From a candidate division FCPU426 bacterium (lineage in GTDB: Bacteria > Oederibacteriota > Muellerivitia > Muellerivitales > Muellerivitaceae), in NCBI GenBank assembly GCA_963796105.1, contig CAWCKJ010000003.1, positions 1 to 64,000 of the forward strand: 64,000 nt of DNA, read 5' to 3'. Below the pieces are notes generated by a model. The model worked only from the letters and a program-made list of their open reading frames with translations, searched no databases and was not told the DNA's origin. Made by a program: the position numbers and the translations under genes. This document shows, in pieces, positions 49,616 to 64,000 of the stretch (position 1 is its first letter; the number at the start of each line of letters is the position of its first letter).

Positions 49616-50938
49616 CTATTTCTGGCAGTAAAGCAGGGGATCGGGTGTGATCTTACATTCCGTGGCGATCCGGATGTTATTGATTTTACCTTCGTTTCTC
49701 AATTGGTAGAGTCTTGGCACAACCATATCCCTCAACGAGACCGGGGAAATAGGATTGATGTAAATTTTAGTTCCGCCCTCGAAACCCGCCAGATTGGTGG
49801 CCCGCCATTTGATGAGAATATGCCAAGGCATCACATTCACTGCGGCTGGTGGAGAGTAATACCATTCTTCATTGCAGGGGCATTGGGACCCCATGGCGGC
49901 ATGGCAAGCATGGACCAAATCCGAAAATCCACGAAGCTCTTCCTCGGTATGCTCCGCCGGGCGGGAATGTTTGCTTTTTGAGTAAATGGCGAGCGTGGGA
50001 TACCTGTGCCCGATTTCCGATAAGGCTATGGCGTAATCATTTTCGGCGAAAATCAAATTGTGCAACGCGGAGAAGTTAATGATTGATTCGTTGTAAATAT
50101 TGGGGTTTTCTTTCGCGATCTCCACCTCATATTGTATGGAGGTGCCCCATTCGTCCAACCCGACCAATTGCTTGTGCAAATGCTCCAGCGAGGCGCCCGC
50201 TGGCTCCAGCCAATTTTGAAATACCGTGACATAACGGACGAATTTATTATTCACGTAAATATCGGATATGGCGTCGATGGTGAATCGGATGTAACGATAA
50301 TGCTCCTCGGGAGACATCTCCCCTGAGGAATAAAGCTCATTGTCATAATCGGCGTCGGCCTTGTAGTGGTGCCCCGCGATGATTAACTCGTGGCTTCCCC
50401 CGAAAAAAGCGTCGGCGATGGCGATCTTCTCTTCGACGCTGATATTGGAAATATCATCGGAATCCCGGATGCTCAGTTTTAACTTGTTGTTGATTATGTT
50501 GAGGACGTGCTCCATTCCCTTGGGATTGTTCATGTAACTTTGACGCCAATGCGCTTGGGCGGGGGAGAGCTGAAATCCGTGATTTTTCTTCCAGTATTCA
50601 ACAGTCACAATTTCAAATAAATTGGCGACCCTCCGAAAAACCGCCTTGGAGGACTCCAGCATGTCGGGATTCAATTTTTCCAGGGTTTGATATTGGCCGT
50701 CGGTTTTTTGGATTAAACGTGATTTTTCAGGCGGCGTCCTAAAATATTCGGTAAAGCAAAAATCACAGTAATTTTCTTTTTCGTTTTTTACAATGGGTTT
50801 AGGCGGCTTAAAGGACCGATTGTAAAATGGACGGTGCGCTCTGGCGGGAACAGTCCAGACTTCTGTACCCGTTAAAGGATTGATATGCTTGAGCGTTCCA
50901 TCGGGCATCGCGAAGTAAGGATTTTGAAATTTGGCCAT
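49616..50938 (-). CDS. DUF4921 GalT-like HIT-fold protein
   Basis: INPLTGTEVWTVP, FQNW..AGASLEHLHKQ, AGFEGGT. ATG 50938. Confidence 0.82.
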   Translation of the reverse strand: MAKFQNPYFAMPDGTLKHINPLTGTEVWTVPARAHRPFYNRSFKPPKPIVKNEKENYCDFCFTEYFRTPPEKSRLIQKTDGQYQTLEKLNPDMLESSKAVFRRVANLFEIVTVEYWKKNHGFQLSPAQAHWRQSYMNNPKGMEHVLNIINNKLKLSIRDSDDISNISVEEKIAIADAFFGGSHELIIAGHHYKADADYDNELYSSGEMSPEEHYRYIRFTIDAISDIYVNNKFVRYVTVFQNWLEPAGASLEHLHKQLVGLDEWGTSIQYEVEIAKENPNIYNESIINFSALHNLIFAENDYAIALSEIGHRYPTLAIYSKSKHSRPAEHTEEELRGFSDLVHACHAAMGSQCPCNEEWYYSPPAAVNVMPWHILIKWRATNLAGFEGGTKIYINPISPVSLRDMVVPRLYQLRNEGKINNIRIATECKITPDPLLYCQK

Positions 50939-51075
50939 AAAGTTTTTCGGGCTTTGATTGAGTGTTCTTTGTTTGTAGAGTAAAATTGTATCGAAAACTC
51001 GCAAGTGAAGCAATCTGGGTTTTTAACTTTTCAAGTTTGCGTGCCAGCCTCATTAATTTTGTCATGGAGTAGTTT

Positions 51076-51846
51076 TTGAAATTCATCTGCCTATCCGATT
51101 ACCGGGGCTCCAGCGAGTACCTTTCTTTAATCCCCATCATGATCAGAAACGAAGAACCGGATGCTGTTTTTTATTGCGGCGGTTCCATGAAGGGGGAAAA
51201 AAGGCTGAACGAATATGAGACGGCATGGCGTTTTCACAGCAAACCGGACTCGACCAATCCCATCATTCAAAAAGAAATCGAGCAGGACACGGAGTATTTA
51301 AAGCAGTTTCTCCTTGTTTTGGCCGATACTCAAAAGGTCATTTACGTCATACCCGGGCACAATGACGCTTCCGAAGCCCTTTATTTCAAGACCATCTATA
51401 ATTACGCCAATATTTACCCGAATCTAAAGCCCGTGCATGAAATGATGTGCCAGGAAGATCAGTTCCTGGTCGCGGGGTTTGGAGGGGAAATCACACTCAG
51501 CGAGGATAACCGCGACCTGGTTCTGCAATATTCAAGGCCTTGGGTGGAATTCGCGCTTAGGCGGCTGGAGTTTTTCCCGAATGACAAAATCTTATTGTTT
51601 CACTCCCCGCCGGTTTGTAGGTTGGATGTAGCGGATGGCAGACACTGCGGTGTTTTGCTCATCAATGAGATTATTGAGCGCGTTTCCCCGAAGCTGGTTT
51701 TATGCGGACGCGCTAAATCGGGTCAGGGGATGGTGAGGATGGGAAACACCACAGTTGTTAATCCTGGTTTTCTCGAAGACGGGCATTTTGCGGTAATCGA
51801 TTTTCCTTCCTTGGAAGTCCAGTTCAAGAATCTTAAGAATATTTAA
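51076..51846 (+). CDS. Metallophosphoesterase-fold protein with degenerate motifs
   Basis: ICLSD, IPGHND, FHSPP and VVNPG motifs. Confidence 0.72.
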   Translation: MKFICLSDYRGSSEYLSLIPIMIRNEEPDAVFYCGGSMKGEKRLNEYETAWRFHSKPDSTNPIIQKEIEQDTEYLKQFLLVLADTQKVIYVIPGHNDASEALYFKTIYNYANIYPNLKPVHEMMCQEDQFLVAGFGGEITLSEDNRDLVLQYSRPWVEFALRRLEFFPNDKILLFHSPPVCRLDVADGRHCGVLLINEIIERVSPKLVLCGRAKSGQGMVRMGNTTVVNPGFLEDGHFAVIDFPSLEVQFKNLKNI

Positions 51847-51918
51847 ACACTCGTTAAAAATCGGACCGGTCTCATTTTCATCCTGGATTCAGGACGGGAA
51901 TTTAAAGGCTATATACAA

Positions 51919-52902
51919 ATGGATAAATCCCTATTGCTTGAAATTGAGAACCTGCAAATATCACTTCGTGACACCAGACGCTCCAGGCCGGGTATGGTTT
52001 TGAACGGCGTGAACTTGACTATTTCCGAGGGAGAGCGGGTATCGGTGGTGGGGGAGTCGGGCTGCGGGAAAAGTATTACGGCGCTTTCAATTATCGGTCT
52101 TTTGCCGAATCCGCCAATGGAATGGACGGCTGGCAAGGTTACCTTCAAGGGGATGGAATTAAACAGGCTTCCCGTAAAATCTTGGGAAAGTATCAGGGGG
52201 AGAGAAATAGGGTTTGTGTTTCAAGAGCCATTTTCATCGCTCAATCCCGTCATGACGGTTGGGAAACAAATTTCGGAAATATTGACTTTACATCAAGGCT
52301 TGAACTCGAAAACCATTCGATTTAAAACGCTTCAGCTAATCGATGATGTTGGCTTGCCTGATCCCGAACGGCTCTACCGGCAATATCCTTTTCAACTCTC
52401 AGGCGGTATGTGCCAAAGAGTCATGATCGCCATGGCTGTGGCTTGCGGCCCCTCCCTCTTGATCGCGGATGAACCTACTACCGCCCTGGATGTAACCGTT
52501 CAGAGCCAGATCCTGGATCTATTAATCCGAATGACTAAACAGCGTCAAATGGCGCTTTTATTTATAACCCATAATCTTCGGCTGGTCCGGGAACATTCCC
52601 ACCGCGTGATTATATTTTATGCCGGGCGTATCGTGGAACAGGGAACACCGGGGGAAATATTCGAGCATCCCCAGCATCCTTATACTGAATGCCTGCTCGA
52701 GTCACTCCCGGAAAATCATCGCCGCGGAAGTTCGTTGCCGAATATCCCGGGAACTGTACCGACTCCATTTGACTCCTTTTCCGGCTGTGCCTTCGCGGAT
52801 CGGTGTCAAAAGATGAAACCGGAATGCGCACGGCGTTCTCCCGAGCTAACTCCTGTGAAAGGAAACCATTGGGCGCGATGCTTTTATCCGTCAAACAAGT
52901 AA
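51919..52902 (+). CDS. oppD: Oligo/dipeptide ABC ATPase (OppD/DppD)
   Basis: [28 protein letters not shown] and Cys-rich tail. Confidence 0.9.
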   Translation: MDKSLLLEIENLQISLRDTRRSRPGMVLNGVNLTISEGERVSVVGESGCGKSITALSIIGLLPNPPMEWTAGKVTFKGMELNRLPVKSWESIRGREIGFVFQEPFSSLNPVMTVGKQISEILTLHQGLNSKTIRFKTLQLIDDVGLPDPERLYRQYPFQLSGGMCQRVMIAMAVACGPSLLIADEPTTALDVTVQSQILDLLIRMTKQRQMALLFITHNLRLVREHSHRVIIFYAGRIVEQGTPGEIFEHPQHPYTECLLESLPENHRRGSSLPNIPGTVPTPFDSFSGCAFADRCQKMKPECARRSPELTPVKGNHWARCFYPSNK

Positions 52903-53837
52903 AAAAGAATTTTTCGGTCCAGCGTGGTATTTTCGGCAAACCGAACGCGACTCTGCGGGCGATTGATGATATTTCATTGGAATTGGAACAGGGGGAAATA
53001 GTCGGGTTGGTGGGGGAATCCGGCTGTGGGAAAAGCACATTAGGCCGTTGCGTGGTTGGCCTTGAAAAACCATCGGAGGGCGAAGTGCTTTGGGAGGGAA
53101 AATCCCCTTATAACATGGGCCGGGACGAAAGAATGGGAAAAAACCGAAATTATCAAATGGTATTTCAAAATCCTTTCGCCTCTTTGAACCCTCGCCAAAG
53201 AGTTGAAAATTTACTGATGGAGCCATTGGAAGTTCATGGATTGCTTGAGGGAAAAAATAAAATATCGTGGGCCAAGGAAATTCTTCTTCGAGTGGGCTTG
53301 GCGAAGGAGGACCTTGATAAATACCCGCATGAATTTTCGGGGGGGCAGAGGCAGCGCATTGGATTAGCCAGGGCTCTGGCGTGTCAACCGAAATTCATCG
53401 TTCTCGACGAGCCTGTTTCATCATTGGATATATCGGTGCAAGCGTCGATCCTGAATTTGCTCTCGGATTTGAACCGGGAGCGGGGAATAACATTTTTCTT
53501 TATCTCTCATGATTTGCAAGTAGTGGCTTATTTAAGCCCGAAAGTAAAAGTGATGTATTTGGGACGGATCGTAGAACAAGGCGAAACTGAAAAAATATTA
53601 TCGAACCCCCGGCACCCTTACACGATGAGCTTGTGGAGGGCCACCCAAAATAATGCGGTTGCTTTAAAAGGGGAACCGCCGAATCCGGTGAACGTGCCCA
53701 CGGGATGCGCATTCCACCCAAGATGTCCTTTTGCCGAAGAAAGATGTTCTCGTGAGGCTCAAATGCTCCAGGAGACGGAAACGGGTTGGAGTGTGGCCTG
53801 CTGGAAATGGGATCAAACTCTGGGGAAACGCTTTTGA
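52878..53837 (+). CDS. oppF: Oligo/dipeptide ABC ATPase (OppF/DppF)
   Basis: [33 protein letters not shown] 52878. Confidence 0.9.
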   Translation: MLLSVKQVKKNFSVQRGIFGKPNATLRAIDDISLELEQGEIVGLVGESGCGKSTLGRCVVGLEKPSEGEVLWEGKSPYNMGRDERMGKNRNYQMVFQNPFASLNPRQRVENLLMEPLEVHGLLEGKNKISWAKEILLRVGLAKEDLDKYPHEFSGGQRQRIGLARALACQPKFIVLDEPVSSLDISVQASILNLLSDLNRERGITFFFISHDLQVVAYLSPKVKVMYLGRIVEQGETEKILSNPRHPYTMSLWRATQNNAVALKGEPPNPVNVPTGCAFHPRCPFAEERCSREAQMLQETETGWSVACWKWDQTLGKRF

Positions 53838-53982
53838 CCATGGGTATTAGAAAGCCTGTTTTGCTGTTAATTGGATGCTTTCTTTAAAAAACGTGATATT
53901 TGTTGGAACTGAAATATTAATATTTGCTCTGAGTCTTGCATCCTTTCGAACGTTTGAATTATATTTTTATTAGGCTTTAAAG

Positions 53983-55422
53983 ATGGGGAACGACATGAAA
54001 ATTGTCATTGTGAACCCTCCGACCTGCAATGGAATGGGTTATATCCGAGAAGGCCGTTGTGAACAGCGGTTGAATTCCTTCCAATACGTCATGGTGCCTA
54101 TTTCCCTGCCTATGATCGCCGCCGCCTTGGAATCAGAGAACCATAAAGTTTTACTGTTGGATTGCATCGCGAATCACATGGATCTATATGGCCTGGAAAA
54201 ATCGTTAAAAGAGTTTGACCCCGCTTTTGTTCTCTTCAACATGTCGACCGTGACATCGGCGAGTGATATTGAAATCATCGATAGTGTCCGGAAGATCTCC
54301 AAAGCCCATTTTACGGTGATAGGAAACCACGCAACGTCTCTTCCTGAGGAAGTATTAAAAGCCTCCGAATTGGATTCCATCATTCGTCGAGAACCGGAAT
54401 TGACTGCGAGGGAATTGGTGGATGCCTTGGAAAAAAGAAGGGATCTAGCTTCTGTTTTGGGCATTTCCTATAAAAGCGAAGAGGGCAAAATCGTCCATAA
54501 CCAGGATAGGCCTTTTAACGAAAATTTAGATGATTTACCTTTCGCGGCCAGACATCTTTTAGACAACGCCCGATATACATTGCCCGTCATCAATGAACCC
54601 TACACTCTTATCATCACGAGCAGGGGTTGCCCTCATTCCTGCATTTATTGCACTGCGCATCAATATTACGGGAAAAAACTCAGGCTTCGCAGTGCTTCAA
54701 ACATTGTTGATGAAATGCAGGAATGTTTGGAAAAGTACGCAATTCGCAATTTCACGATGTGGTCGGACACTTTTAACCAAAGCAAGAAATTTGTTATGGA
54801 AATCTGCGGTGAATTGAAAAAACGCGAATTGGAAAAAAAGATTCGTTGGATGGCAAATAGCCGTGTGGATCATGTGGACGCAGAGGTCTTGGCTGAAATG
54901 AAAAGCTCGGGATGCATTGGTATTTCTTATGGGGTTGAATCCGGGGTCGATGAGATATTGGATAATATGAAAAAGGGTGCGAGCGCCGGGCAAGCCCGGA
55001 TAGCGGTCAAATTGACAAAGGAAGCGGGTATAGAGGTGTTAACTCATATTATTTTCGGGCTTCCTGGTGACACGGTAGAAACGATTAATCAGACAATAAA
55101 ATATGTAATTGAATTGGACCCGGATTATGCCCAGTTTTACTGCGCCATCCCTTTTCCAAAAACGGAATTGGAGGAATTAGCGAAAAAGAATAAGTGGATT
55201 TCCATTAACGATTATTCAAAATATGAGTTAAATCAGCCGATTTTAAATATGCCGTCATTATCGACAAAAGATTTGGAAAAAATCCGTAAAAAGGCCTATA
55301 GAGCCTTTTATTTACGTCCGTCCTACATGTTTAGACGTTTAAAAAAAATCAGAAATATTAAAGATTTTATGATTAATTTGAGACAGGCCCTAAACTTTAG
55401 TCAAAGTTGGATTTGGGAATGA
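53983..55422 (+). CDS. Cobalamin-binding radical SAM protein
   Basis: B12-binding-like N-terminal domain, SRGCPHSCIYC, YGVESG, FYLRP. Confidence 0.9.
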   Translation: MGNDMKIVIVNPPTCNGMGYIREGRCEQRLNSFQYVMVPISLPMIAAALESENHKVLLLDCIANHMDLYGLEKSLKEFDPAFVLFNMSTVTSASDIEIIDSVRKISKAHFTVIGNHATSLPEEVLKASELDSIIRREPELTARELVDALEKRRDLASVLGISYKSEEGKIVHNQDRPFNENLDDLPFAARHLLDNARYTLPVINEPYTLIITSRGCPHSCIYCTAHQYYGKKLRLRSASNIVDEMQECLEKYAIRNFTMWSDTFNQSKKFVMEICGELKKRELEKKIRWMANSRVDHVDAEVLAEMKSSGCIGISYGVESGVDEILDNMKKGASAGQARIAVKLTKEAGIEVLTHIIFGLPGDTVETINQTIKYVIELDPDYAQFYCAIPFPKTELEELAKKNKWISINDYSKYELNQPILNMPSLSTKDLEKIRKKAYRAFYLRPSYMFRRLKKIRNIKDFMINLRQALNFSQSWIWE

Positions 55423-55511
55423 CGCTATAATTTGGACAAAATCCTTCAATCAGGCTATAAATTCCCCTTATTTACTCGTCTTGAAATAAGTTAAAAAATA
55501 CTTAATATTTA

Positions 55512-55540
55512 TTGACAGTGATACAAGGTTTTTGTATAAA
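55512..55540 (+). promoter_or_regulatory. rRNA operon promoter
   Basis: TTGACA-17 bp-TATAAA. BoxA-like GTCTTTGAAAAC near 55770 starts a stalk complementary to about 57490-57508. Confidence 0.8.
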
Positions 55541-55856
55541 TAACCCCCTTGCCACTAAGGCTGGTGGTCCCTTCCTTTCGCTTTAAGCGGAGGAATGCGG
55601 CTCTTTGATTTGAATCAAATACAATCGAATTAATACTTTGTTTTCGATTGCGGCGCTCATTACGCCAAGGAATAGATTTTGTCCTTGTTGGGATGAGCAT
55701 CGAGTGGGTGCTTTTCTTTGTGACTCGATTCATTTCGAGTTGACCTTTATTTGCGATAAAGGGTGATTGGTCTTTGAAAACTAAATAGTGCATATGAAAT
55801 AAGTTTGGGTGCTTGTCAATGTAGTTTGAGTAGTGCAGAGCCTTTAAAAGCTCTTT

Positions 55857-57416
<1,560 letters not shown>

Positions 57417-57582
57417 TGGAGACCATGGAGAGGAACCCCTTTTTTGAGGGCTGCTCAATCGTAACTCCAAAGTGGATGCCCAAACGAGTTATGCACTATT
57501 TAGTTTTGAGGGGCCGATGCGGATCCGGTTCTTTACCAAATTGGGTGTTTTTATAACCTCAAGTCCTGCGCCAAACTGGGAT

Positions 57583-57659
<77 letters not shown>

Positions 57660-57694
57660 TTTTTTGGGGGGATTGCCTGGACGAAAACGGCGAA

Positions 57695-57770
57695 GGGGAT
57701 GTAGCTCAGTTGGGAGAGCACCTGCTTTGCAAGCAGGGGGTCGCCGGTTCGATCCCGGTCATCTCCACCA
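57695..57770 (+). tRNA. tRNA-Ala(TGC)
   Basis: TTTGCAA anticodon loop, CCA end. Confidence 0.98.
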
Positions 57771-57976
57771 TTTTCGGGTGGAGTACCTGATAAAATTGCT
57801 TGAATCTTTTGCGTGGCGAATGATTCATGGAGCTTTTAGCTTTTTTGAAAGCCGCTTCTAGAATCAGCGGATTCGTTCCTTCGGGGACGGAAGTGTTCTT
57901 TGAAAAACGATAGAAATACTACTAATAGCTGAACCGAGTGCATAAAAGATTCTTATGCGGTGGCGAAGAAACATGT

Positions 57977-61014
<3,038 letters not shown>

Positions 61015-61157
61015 TATGTTTCATTTTCACCGCATTCCTAATCCACTTCGGTTCAAGAGTTAGTATTTCTATCGTTCAATCTAATTTTGGAAGACTGCGT
61101 AAAACAGTTAACTCCATTGTTTAAAAATTTTTTTTTGTTTTCCTGATAATCGTTGTT

Positions 61158-61274
<117 letters not shown>

Positions 61275-61283
61275 TTTAAAATC

Positions 61284-61317
61284 AAACCCAGTCATAGAAA
61301 TGTGACTGGGTTTTTTT
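61284..61317 (+). terminator. Intrinsic terminator, possibly bidirectional
   Basis: AAACCCAGTCA-loop-TGACTGGG followed by T7. Confidence 0.88.
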
Positions 61318-61327
61318 ATTCCCGTAA

Positions 61328-63463
61328 TTATTTTGAAAACGCAATATTCATGATCGATAACTCCTTAAGTATGGATTCCGCCAAATCCTGTCGATTGAAC
61401 ATTTCCGCAATTGCAACACAGCTATTAAAAGATTGGACAGCTTCCTGTTTTTTTCCCACCGCTAAATCGCCATCCCCTTTTTCGCGAAGTATTTGGATTT
61501 TCCAAATAGGATCACCGGTGGTCATGGCAGCTTTCTCAAGCCAGTTATCCCAGCGGCTCATATCGCCTCGGGCTTTCCAATAATATGCCGTATTCAAATA
61601 AGGATGGACGCAAGCGTTTAAGAGAAAATAATTCATGGGTAGTGGCCGGTTTAGAGCTTGCCTTAATGAGTGATCCCAAAAATCGTTCAATGCACTTGAC
61701 GAGGAAGGGCATAAAAGTTGGCTTTTTAAGTTTATTTGGAGTAGAAGCCCGGTAGGGAGAAACTTTAAGGAATGATTTTTTTTCAAATAGAATTCCGAAA
61801 AGATTCCGTTAGTAAATGTGAAACATATCGGCCTAATATTTTGATTTGTATGAACAACTTCAGTGAAAAGATCCGGGGCCGAACCGGGTGAATTTAATGT
61901 TGTAATAATAGGTCGGTCAATCGGAAGGTTTGGGTACTGGGATTTAAACTCCGATTGAAGCCACCTCTTTTTGAAAAAAGGGGTGAATACTAGTTCAGTG
62001 TCTAGACGTTTATTCAAAACGAATTTCATGTAAAGACTTGAAAAATAGTCATAATCGGTTTCAGCGAAGTAAATTGAATCTTTCGGAAGGGATTTTGAAA
62101 TGTATTCTCCATATTGATAATAAAGAAGTTCTTTACTCATATTAGAAGTTTTGAGGCTATTAGAAAATGTGAGGAATAAAAGAAGAACTATAAAACCGGT
62201 AAACACTCTGAAATGATTGTTGGGTTTGGCGCTCCGAGCGACTGCCCAACGAAAAATCCAATTTAAACCAAAAGTGCTGAGGAAAACCAATCCCCAGGTA
62301 GATCCCAATAAATAATTATCTAAGTGCCAATATTCAATTGGCTGCAATCGCATATAAAAAAGATTCGCTAATAAGAATGTGAAAATAGTCCACAGCACAA
62401 AAAATACAATGATTATATTCCGTAGCTTTTTAATAAATATGATCCCCAAAAGACATAATGAACCTGGAACCCAATCGAGTTCTTCCCGAAAGTGATTAAC
62501 GATATAATTCGTTTTTTCATTAAGGTCTGAAAGCATTGACGATGACAAACGAGAGAGGAATGCTGTTGTTTTATCGACTGGGATCGTCACCGGCAAACCA
62601 CTCTCGATTTTTCGAGCTTCGGCTCGACTGACAGATTCTAAAAAACGAGACCAATTGTTCGGAATGCCGATGTTCAACACCGGGTGCTGATTTGCCCTTA
62701 GCGGCAGATATAAATACAGGCTTAAACTGATGACACATAACGAAGCTGCGGAAAATATTATGGAAGGTGTTCTTTTCATTAAACGAATGCGGTGCAACAT
62801 GACGATTATTAAAAAAATCGCTAGCGGGAGAAGAAGCAGTTGACTTTGCCAGTGATGACTAAAGCCCAAAACAAATATATAAATGAAACCGAGAAAATAG
62901 TTTTGAGATTTATCAGCGGGAATGATTGATTCCCGCTGTGCATTTACAAATTTAATGAGCTGGAAAATAGAAATTAAAGTCAAAATGGTTTGGAATATAT
63001 AGATGCTACCTTTTGCCGAGAGGGAAGCGCTCCAATAGCTTTTTGCGAAGGCCAGTTCCGAGCCTCCAAAAAAAACGAGCAAATTAAGAAGTTTTTCTCT
63101 CGGCTTATTATCATCAGGCAAATGACGTGAGGAGTTAAAGAACATCCAAAGACAAAAAGAAACGAGAACGCTACCGAATGACGAGAGAATTAACGAAAGA
63201 AAAGTGTAGGAGAAAGCTGGATTGCCGAGATGGATCCATTGGAAGCAAGCCCCCAAAAGGGTGTGCAGGGGATAACTGGGTGCGTGGGAAACCCCGAGAA
63301 TTTTAGAGGCGGTGATAGTTTCGGGAGAATCGTCTTGGAAAAAAGCAGGGTTTGCGGTCATGAGGTGAACGGAAAAAGAAAATATAAAAATAAACGACAA
63401 AAGATAAATGGGGCAGGCGGGCTTTTCTGAGATTGGATCGGTTATGGATGATTTTTGATACAT
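61328..63463 (-). CDS. DUF2723/TMEM260-like GT-C membrane glycosyltransferase with TPR-like tail
   Basis: DDSPETITA..LGVSHAPSYPL, SHH and YLYLPLRA motifs. AT-rich gene. Confidence 0.82.
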   Translation of the reverse strand: MYQKSSITDPISEKPACPIYLLSFIFIFSFSVHLMTANPAFFQDDSPETITASKILGVSHAPSYPLHTLLGACFQWIHLGNPAFSYTFLSLILSSFGSVLVSFCLWMFFNSSRHLPDDNKPREKLLNLLVFFGGSELAFAKSYWSASLSAKGSIYIFQTILTLISIFQLIKFVNAQRESIIPADKSQNYFLGFIYIFVLGFSHHWQSQLLLLPLAIFLIIVMLHRIRLMKRTPSIIFSAASLCVISLSLYLYLPLRANQHPVLNIGIPNNWSRFLESVSRAEARKIESGLPVTIPVDKTTAFLSRLSSSMLSDLNEKTNYIVNHFREELDWVPGSLCLLGIIFIKKLRNIIIVFFVLWTIFTFLLANLFYMRLQPIEYWHLDNYLLGSTWGLVFLSTFGLNWIFRWAVARSAKPNNHFRVFTGFIVLLLFLTFSNSLKTSNMSKELLYYQYGEYISKSLPKDSIYFAETDYDYFSSLYMKFVLNKRLDTELVFTPFFKKRWLQSEFKSQYPNLPIDRPIITTLNSPGSAPDLFTEVVHTNQNIRPICFTFTNGIFSEFYLKKNHSLKFLPTGLLLQINLKSQLLCPSSSSALNDFWDHSLRQALNRPLPMNYFLLNACVHPYLNTAYYWKARGDMSRWDNWLEKAAMTTGDPIWKIQILREKGDGDLAVGKKQEAVQSFNSCVAIAEMFNRQDLAESILKELSIMNIAFSK

Positions 63464-63845
63464 GAAACTATATTAGCTCGGGCGAGACTGCGACGGAATA
63501 AGTTCTGCAATTAAAAACCCTAGTAAAAACACGAGATATCCTCGACGAACATATATCGGTTTACTGTGATGGGGTTTGTTTTAAGGAGATTGGAAGAGTA
63601 AGCGACGAGGTGAATTAATCCGATTGAATTTGCCAAATGGGTTGCGATGGGTTGCTTAATCCCGCTGAATTTGGTGAATTTAAAATTGGATATACTAGTA
63701 ACTTAAGGAAACCATGTTGCGAGAAGATAACGATTAATCTCGTTATAATGAGAAATTGGAATTGTTTTTTCCCCTCTGTATACGTATATTTTCAATGTAT
63801 TGGTATTACTAAACCACGGTTCTTATGGGAAAAGGGGAGAGACCT

Positions 63846-64000
63846 ATGAAGGTGGTAAATGAAGTTTCGTGGATGATCGGCGGCCCGCAAGGAACTGGAG
63901 TTGATTCTTCTGCTAATTTATTCGCGCAAGCTTGCGCGATTTCCGGTTTGTGGGTTTTTGGAAAAAGAGAATATCATTCAAACATCAAGGGTAAACATAG
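63846..64000 (+). CDS. 2-oxoacid:acceptor oxidoreductase alpha subunit, 5' fragment
   Basis: Manual translation MKVVNEVSWMIGGPQGTGVDS...REYHSNIKGKH. GGGGAG RBS. Runs off the window. Confidence 0.88.
   Translation, partial: MKVVNEVSWMIGGPQGTGVDSSANLFAQACAISGLWVFGKREYHSNIKGKH

Overview
Chromosomal window from a diderm, probably cellulolytic bacterium. A candidate lineage such as FCPU426/Goldbacteria is suspected by inference only. The first 7 kb is an IS hotspot: an IS21 element, and an IS4 element (9-bp target duplication) whose transposase is split by an IS3 element (3-bp duplication). From 7 to 17 kb is the main candidate novel system: one operon with three paralogous SLH-coiled-coil-beta-barrel (OmpM-like) proteins bracketed by three exported CBM11-like proteins, with no TonB-dependent transporter. 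Next come nth, two type II toxin-antitoxin pairs, a DUF990 ABC exporter, an IS1595, and a CHASE2 cyclase/FecR/beta-barrel/lipoprotein module directly upstream of a GH9-CBM11-GH12 cellulase and an SGNH lipoprotein. After a phased 21/22-bp repeat array lie housekeeping genes (cyclophilin, MarC, NAD kinase, adk, glgX), a probable ceramide cluster (spt, GNAT, reductase), tRNA-Leu with a duplicated 3' end, two GT-C glycosyltransferases, oppDF, a B12 radical SAM gene, a complete rRNA operon and the start of a 2-oxoacid oxidoreductase gene. Intergenic regions hold REP-like repeats and a 73-80 bp double-hairpin element nested in them. All calls were made by eye from motifs; no database searches were run.
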